Of a DNA stretch of 51,555 nt, positions 46,375-51,555 are shown piece after piece. Source of the stretch: an uncultured Candidatus Bathyarchaeia archaeon (GTDB taxonomy: Archaea; Thermoproteota; Bathyarchaeia; TCS64); NCBI GenBank assembly GCA_964487465.1, contig CAZAQI010000003.1, positions 1 through 51,555 on the forward strand, read 5' to 3'. Both the position numbers and the translations under genes were made by a program. A model generated the notes under the pieces. That model had not been told where the DNA came from. It saw only the letters and a list, made by a program, of their open reading frames with translations, and made no database searches. Within the stretch, counting starts at the first letter, position 1; each line of letters opens with the position of its first letter.

Positions 46375-47208
46375 ATGAGTACACAGTTCAAGGTTCACGG
46401 CTACACCGTGAATGATTTAATGAATATGAAGAAGGCTGACCTACGCGGCATACTACATGAACGCACCCACCACACCATCGAGGTCTATATCTACAGGATC
46501 CTCAACGGCAGTTATGAACTACCCCAAGATTTCGGTAAAGTTGCTGAACGTCTCCTAGAGATATGGAAAAAGCGAGGTTATAGCACCGAGCCACCGGACA
46601 TCCAGTGGTGCAAGAAATACATAGAAGCAGCGAAGAGGCTAAGAGAAGGTAAATCAGCGGACTTTGAGACAACCTCATGGGAGAGCTTTACCGAGGAAGA
46701 AGTCGAGACCATAGAACGCCTAATCTATGGACGCAAGAGCATCCGACAGTTCAAACCAGAGACAGTACCCGATCACATGATACGCAGGATACTCAAAGCC
46801 GGGTTATACGCCCCACACGGCTGCAACGTAGGCTGCACTAGGTTCCTCGTACTACGCGACCCAGAGGAGCAACAACTGGTAAGCAGTGATATACCCATAG
46901 AGAACTGTGTCATGATAGTGGTTCTCCAGGAGCTCAGCATGTATCATACCCTGAGGTTCGAGAAATACGTACCCCAGAACCTCTACTATGACGCCGCGGC
47001 CGCAGCAGACCATATATGCCTTATGGCTCATGCCCTAGGCTTGGGGAGTTGCTGGCTAACCCACGGTGAAGAGACCCAGAAACGATTAAGAGACTACTTT
47101 AACCTTAGCTCCACCATGACCAGCCGAAACCATATAATCCTTGGCTGGCCAGATGAGGAGACCCTGAAATCAGAGAGAATCCATTTAGATGAGGCCATAT
47201 TAAACTAG
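46375..47208 (+). CDS. Nitroreductase-family protein with an N-terminal extension of about 110 aa
   Basis: The segment RKSIRQFKPETVPDHMIRRILKAGLYAPHGCN is typical of the nitroreductase fold. Confidence 0.7.
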   Translation: MSTQFKVHGYTVNDLMNMKKADLRGILHERTHHTIEVYIYRILNGSYELPQDFGKVAERLLEIWKKRGYSTEPPDIQWCKKYIEAAKRLREGKSADFETTSWESFTEEEVETIERLIYGRKSIRQFKPETVPDHMIRRILKAGLYAPHGCNVGCTRFLVLRDPEEQQLVSSDIPIENCVMIVVLQELSMYHTLRFEKYVPQNLYYDAAAAADHICLMAHALGLGSCWLTHGEETQKRLRDYFNLSSTMTSRNHIILGWPDEETLKSERIHLDEAILN

Positions 47209-47212
47209 TGGT

Positions 47213-47935
47213 ATGAAGCCCCTCCTCCTCTTTGACATGGATGGCACACTCATAATTCAGGAGAAGAAACCCGAGTATAAAGGCACAAAGACCCACTATG
47301 AGCCCTATATATCCATTAAACAACAGATGAAGAAAATAGTAATCAAACACGGTGTATCCGCAGAAAAAGTAGTACCTCTAGACCGGATGGCATTGATCTG
47401 GAACACCACCAGACGCCACCTAGAAGAGAACAATCACCCACTTGACGAAATCCAGCTAATTATGGATGAGATCAATAAACCCTTCATGGCAGAGGAGCGA
47501 GCGGATCACGAGATAAGCGTACTACTCCCCGACACGTTAAATGGTCTGGAATCTTTGAAGAAACTCGGTTACACGATGGGGCTTGTAACCACCGCCAGCC
47601 GTGGATCATATGATAGAATAAGCAGCCACCATGACTACGGCTGCTTCGGCGACTTCTTCAAGCACTCAGTCACACGGGACGAATGCCGCTTCATAAAACC
47701 AGACCCGGAGCCAATCAATAGAATACTAGATATGTACCACCAAGGCGACTTCATATACGTCGGTGACTCAGATCATGACGGCTACGCATGTAAAGAGGCA
47801 GGCGGATTTTTTGTCCTCATTAACACTCGTGAATACAGTGAATCGACACTCAGGAAACTAAACCCAGATGCTGTGATAAACAAGCTAACCGAGTTGCCGG
47901 AACTATTAGAAGATATGTGTTACAACGACTCGTAA
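47213..47935 (+). CDS. HAD-superfamily hydrolase
   Basis: Motif I LFDMDGTLI, motif II VTTAS and motif IV GDSDHD. Confidence 0.8.
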   Translation: MKPLLLFDMDGTLIIQEKKPEYKGTKTHYEPYISIKQQMKKIVIKHGVSAEKVVPLDRMALIWNTTRRHLEENNHPLDEIQLIMDEINKPFMAEERADHEISVLLPDTLNGLESLKKLGYTMGLVTTASRGSYDRISSHHDYGCFGDFFKHSVTRDECRFIKPDPEPINRILDMYHQGDFIYVGDSDHDGYACKEAGGFFVLINTREYSESTLRKLNPDAVINKLTELPELLEDMCYNDS

Positions 47936-48478
47936 ACCAATAAGTATCAGTATCAATCCACCCACGATCTGAGCCTTCTTACCGAACCTCGATCCTGTCT
48001 TATTCCCGATGGTGAGCCCGATAAACGTGAAAACAAGGGTACCTGCACCCATATAGAGGCTGGGCACCCAGATACTCAGCTCTTGGAGGCTAAAACTAAG
48101 ACCAACTGCTAACGCATCAATACTCACAGCAACTGTAAACATAACCAGACTGGTGAAGTTAAGCAAATCACAGGCGTTTATCTCATCCGAAACCTCATCC
48201 AAACCCTCCTGGATCATCTTGCCCCCTACGAAAGCCAGTAATATGAAGGCAATCCAGTGATCCCATCTCTGGATAAACCCGATGATAGTGGATCCCATTA
48301 ACCAGCCTAATATAGGCATAACTATGTGTGCTACACCGAAACTTGAGCTCACCCTCGCCGTATCCATGAACTTGATCTTGCCTAGACCGAATCCAGCTAC
48401 CAGAGCTACACTGAAAGCGTCCATGGCTAACCCCACTGATAACAGGATTAAGGATGGGATGTCCATAACATGACTCAT
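47906..48478 (-). CDS. mntP: Manganese efflux pump MntP family (DUF204 repeats)
   Basis: Two internal repeats contain the AMDAFSVA / SIDALAVG motifs. The protein has about 6 TM helices and is 190 aa. Confidence 0.75.
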   Translation of the reverse strand: MSHVMDIPSLILLSVGLAMDAFSVALVAGFGLGKIKFMDTARVSSSFGVAHIVMPILGWLMGSTIIGFIQRWDHWIAFILLAFVGGKMIQEGLDEVSDEINACDLLNFTSLVMFTVAVSIDALAVGLSFSLQELSIWVPSLYMGAGTLVFTFIGLTIGNKTGSRFGKKAQIVGGLILILIGLRVVVTHIF

Positions 48479-48519
48479 TATATCCTACAGCCTAACCTGG
48501 TCTGGTTTAAAGATTTATC

Positions 48520-49059
48520 TTAGAGATTCCTGCCTATCTCTTTAGCTTTCTCCAGCAGTTCATCTCTTTCCTCGACGGGTTTCTTGGTTGTACCCGCGGC
48601 CACTAGGTTGATGGACTTCTTCATACCATACCAGTCCCATATGCCATCCAGCCACTCCAGTAAGTGATCATAGGCATCCTCCTCCTCACGCTCATAGGTC
48701 AATATGTTGACTGGTTGAGCCCTCGGCCACTTCTCAGCATTCTCCTCGCTATACGAACGGTTATAGTAATAGGTCCGGGTGATAAAGTTCAGTGTCCGGG
48801 TATCTACTTGTCCATACCAGACCGGTGCACCTAGCACCAATGCCTCCATGGACTCCAGATCCGGCTGCATCTTCTCAAAATCATCTAATGGGAGCAAGGT
48901 CTCCCCCTCTAGGTATCCTAGGTGACCGATATAGGTATCCTTGAGCCTCCAGGTAACCACCGTGTGACCCGCCTCAAGAGCCCCGTCCAGCACCGCCCGC
49001 ACTAGTTTAAACGTGTTACCATCCGTCTTCGCTCCACCGATAACGCCTACGACCTTCAT
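48520..49059 (-). CDS. Flavodoxin-like fold NAD(P)H-dependent FMN reductase family protein
   Basis: The N-terminal MKVVGVIGGAKTDGNTFKL resembles the FMN-binding loop of NADPH-dependent FMN reductases. Confidence 0.55.
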   Translation of the reverse strand: MKVVGVIGGAKTDGNTFKLVRAVLDGALEAGHTVVTWRLKDTYIGHLGYLEGETLLPLDDFEKMQPDLESMEALVLGAPVWYGQVDTRTLNFITRTYYYNRSYSEENAEKWPRAQPVNILTYEREEEDAYDHLLEWLDGIWDWYGMKKSINLVAAGTTKKPVEERDELLEKAKEIGRNL

Positions 49060-49141
49060 AACAACAAGACCCCTATACCATCATATAACCCCTTAGAGTT
49101 TTTCGCACCTTTTTTACATCCACGCACCCATTCTATGAGAT

Positions 49142-50590
49142 ATGATCAAGGAAACTTCATGGAAATGGATCGATGAGCACCGTGAGGAGTTCATCGAGGT
49201 AAGTGATCAGGTATGGGAGTACGCGGAGCTAGGCCTAGTTGAGCATAAATCCGCTCAGCTTCATGTGGACACTCTGCGGGAACACGGCTTCGAGGTGGAG
49301 CACGGTGTAGCGGGTATGCCCACGGCCTTCGTAGCCACATGGGGCGAGGGAGAACCAGTAATTGGGTTCATGGGTGAATACGATGCCCTCCCCGGTATCA
49401 GCAACAAACCCGTACCACGCAAAGACCCCCTTGTGGAAGATGGCCCCGGACACGGTTGCGGCCATAACATCCACGGCACCAGCGGCTTCATGGCAGCCAT
49501 CGCCACCAAGAACATCATGGAGAAAGAAGAAATCAAGGGTACTATCAAAGTCTACGGCAGCCCCGCTGAGGAAAACTATGACGGAAAAGCCTACCTCGTG
49601 AGGGAGGGCTACTTCAAGGGTGTTGACGCCTGCCTGAGTCACCACCCGAGCGGCATGAATGTCGCGGGACTAGCATCAAGCAACGCGGTTAACAGCGTGA
49701 AATACGAGTTCCACGGAAAGACGGCTCACGCGGCTGGCAGCCCCGAGCAGGGCAGAAGTGCGCTGGACGCCATCGAGTTGATGAACATCGGGGTCAACTA
49801 TCTACGTGAACACGTGGTACAAGAAGCCCGGATCCACTACGTCATCGAGGAGGGTGGTGGACAACCTAACGTGGTTCCCGATTACGCCCGTTCATGGTAC
49901 TACATCAGGGCCCCAGAGAGGTCACAGGTAGACACCATCTATGAACGTATCAACAAGATCGCAGAAGGCGCAGCCATGATGACCGAGACCGAGTTAAAGA
50001 TCGATCTCATCGCAGCCATCTACAACAAGATACCCAATAAGACTCTCAGTGAATTAGTAACCTCTAACATGCGGGAGATAGGACACCCCGGATGGACAGA
50101 TGAGGAGCTTGAGTTCGCAGCGAAGATAGCCGAAACCATCGATGTGGAGGATAAGATGCAGAGCCTACGCAAATACGGTGTGCCTGAAGCCGAGAAATAC
50201 CGTGACGTGAACCTTATGACGGATATACTGGACGCGTGGAACGAGGGTGAGGTCAGCAAGGGAAGCACGGATGTCAGTGATGTTAGCTGGGTGACACCGA
50301 CCATGGAGTTCGGAACCGCCTGCAATATACTTGGTGCACCCGGCCATGACTGGAGATTCACCGCCGTAAGCGGTATGAGCATCGGCCACAAGAGCCTCAT
50401 ATTCGCAGCCAAGACCATGACTGCCAGCGCCCTAGACCTATTCACAAACCCGGAACTCTTGGAGAAGGCCAAGAAGGAGCATGAGGAACGATTAGCCGGT
50501 AGGGAATACGAGTGCGCTATACCCGAGGACGTGGAGCCTCCGCTGGAGATCGCTGAGGAAGCCTGGCAGAAGCTAAAAGGCAAACAATAA
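49142..50590 (+). CDS. M20D/AbgB-type amidohydrolase paralogue 3 (canonical metal site)
   Basis: Canonical GHGCGHN motif (Cys codon at 49457-49459), plus GSPAEE and HGKTAHAA. Confidence 0.8.
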   Translation: MIKETSWKWIDEHREEFIEVSDQVWEYAELGLVEHKSAQLHVDTLREHGFEVEHGVAGMPTAFVATWGEGEPVIGFMGEYDALPGISNKPVPRKDPLVEDGPGHGCGHNIHGTSGFMAAIATKNIMEKEEIKGTIKVYGSPAEENYDGKAYLVREGYFKGVDACLSHHPSGMNVAGLASSNAVNSVKYEFHGKTAHAAGSPEQGRSALDAIELMNIGVNYLREHVVQEARIHYVIEEGGGQPNVVPDYARSWYYIRAPERSQVDTIYERINKIAEGAAMMTETELKIDLIAAIYNKIPNKTLSELVTSNMREIGHPGWTDEELEFAAKIAETIDVEDKMQSLRKYGVPEAEKYRDVNLMTDILDAWNEGEVSKGSTDVSDVSWVTPTMEFGTACNILGAPGHDWRFTAVSGMSIGHKSLIFAAKTMTASALDLFTNPELLEKAKKEHEERLAGREYECAIPEDVEPPLEIAEEAWQKLKGKQ

Positions 50591-50593
50591 ACC

Positions 50594-50615
50594 TTTTTTC
50601 TATTTTACTATTTTT
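50594..50615 (+). terminator. Oligo-T tracts after the M20 gene
   Basis: T6, T4 and T5 runs lie within 25 nt of the stop codon, between convergent genes. Confidence 0.35.
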
Positions 50616-51186
50616 AACCAGTTGCAGGGAATTCAGGGGTAATATGTCTCATTATTATCACCCAGGTATTCATTAACAGTATACCATAAGTCTCGACAGC
50701 AGCGATAGACGGCCAGGGTACCAGAACCGCACCTAGGGGACCAAGCGTGCTCAATAATAGGAAGACCCAGGACTCACGTCTCCATCTCCTCTCCTGGATT
50801 AATGCCAGTCCCCAGACGAGTATAGATAGATCCCCCTGTATGAAAAACCAATAAGAGACGAAGGTATGATGCCTTGTTCCCTCGGGAAAACACCCGATAA
50901 GGCTAAGAAAGACCCCTGTTATCATCATGAATGCACCTCCTACCGAGCCCCGCTTATTGAATGAGACATAAACCAGGTATAATCCATACAGTAGTACAAG
51001 TAATCCATTCAGCATCATACCAAAGTTGAATATCCATGGATCATTCGCAGCTGGGTTACCCAGATCACTGAAAGCGTTCTCAGTGAAAACAAACCAGCTG
51101 TTTCGTGAGATAGCTAAAAAGATAATTAGCCAACCTCCAAGGAATCCTAGTAGGCCTGTGTGCTGTAGATGCTTAACCTTGGACAT
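50614..51186 (-). CDS. DUF998-like polytopic membrane protein
   Basis: About 6 TM helices. The segment FSDLGNPAANDPWIFNFGMMLNG resembles the DUF998 conserved loop. Confidence 0.55.
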   Translation of the reverse strand: MSKVKHLQHTGLLGFLGGWLIIFLAISRNSWFVFTENAFSDLGNPAANDPWIFNFGMMLNGLLVLLYGLYLVYVSFNKRGSVGGAFMMITGVFLSLIGCFPEGTRHHTFVSYWFFIQGDLSILVWGLALIQERRWRRESWVFLLLSTLGPLGAVLVPWPSIAAVETYGILLMNTWVIIMRHITPEFPATG

Positions 51187-51196
51187 GTTATTTCCT

Positions 51197-51555
51197 TTAC
51201 TTTATTCGTTTAAACTTCTGTATTCTGCTTCCCTCCAACGTCTCTCCCACGTAGAGGTCACCCTGGCTGTCTAATGTGGCGCAGTGGGGATTCATGAATA
51301 AACCCGGCTCCAGAGTCTTTGCTCCTCCCCAACGTAGTAATAGCTCTCCCTCCTGTGTTAGGATGCTGAATCTCTGCTGGAGCTCCGAGACATATATTAA
51401 TCCATCATCATCGATGGTGACGCTGCAAGGCTGTCGGAACCCACTCCACTCATCTATATACTCGCCACCCGGTGTGAATATCTGAATCCTGTGATTCTGA
51501 CGATCCGCGATAAACACCCGTCCGTCCTCGGCTATGCATACATCGTGGCATATAT
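51197..51555 (-). CDS. NHL-repeat protein, C-terminal part (5' end outside the window)
   Basis: The repeats VFIADRQNHRIQIF and GDLYVGE are NHL-type. The frame stays open upstream of the GTG at 51517 (ICHDVCIAEDGR) up to the window edge. Confidence 0.7.
   Translation of the reverse strand, partial: ICHDVCIAEDGRVFIADRQNHRIQIFTPGGEYIDEWSGFRQPCSVTIDDDGLIYVSELQQRFSILTQEGELLLRWGGAKTLEPGLFMNPHCATLDSQGDLYVGETLEGSRIQKFKRIK

Noticed and set aside
1-51555. A search for tRNA, rRNA, SRP or RNase P RNA genes and for transposase or integrase genes.
   Set aside because: I saw no T-loop (GTTCRAATC-like) or acceptor-stem pattern in any spacer, no rRNA-like conserved blocks, and no DDE or tyrosine-recombinase-like ORF. 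A scan by eye can miss structured RNAs, so this negative result has low confidence.

Overview
This 51.5-kb window looks like a densely coded chromosomal segment from an uncultured archaeon. The evidence for an archaeal origin is GTP-type PEPCK, translin, a Nip7 homologue, DUF483, A/T-rich TATA-like boxes, oligo-T terminators and 1-4 nt start/stop overlaps. I support about 54 protein genes. I found no rRNA, tRNA, CRISPR array or transposase by eye. Housekeeping genes are cysS, metG, pckG and panB. The window is rich in peptide and amino-acid catabolism genes: three M20 amidohydrolase paralogues, two creatininase paralogues, an M14 carboxypeptidase, an S9 peptidase, a DmpA-type peptidase, a threonine dehydratase and a TIGR00300 protein. 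The best candidate for an undescribed system is at 25.2-29.4 kb. There a small membrane protein plus a small charged protein (the M-S cassette) precede a tightly coupled four-gene membrane operon that has an internally duplicated A-B-A'-B' layout. A second, decaying copy of the M-S cassette (truncation, in-frame stop, frameshift) sits at 17.3-18.1 kb. It lies directly upstream of an orphan GlmL/MutL-like ASKHA ATPase that is translationally coupled to a barrel-sandwich protein. Other notable items are a 923-aa MetRS carrying an inserted B3/4 domain and a solitary Cas2-like ORF bracketed by a perfect 17-bp inverted repeat. There is also a radical-SAM/SPASM neighbourhood and an 88% A+C divergent intergenic tract. 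A TIGR00300 gene has a conserved N-terminus lying upstream of any canonical start codon, and an MFS transporter remnant is present. All family assignments come from motif recognition by eye, with no database search.
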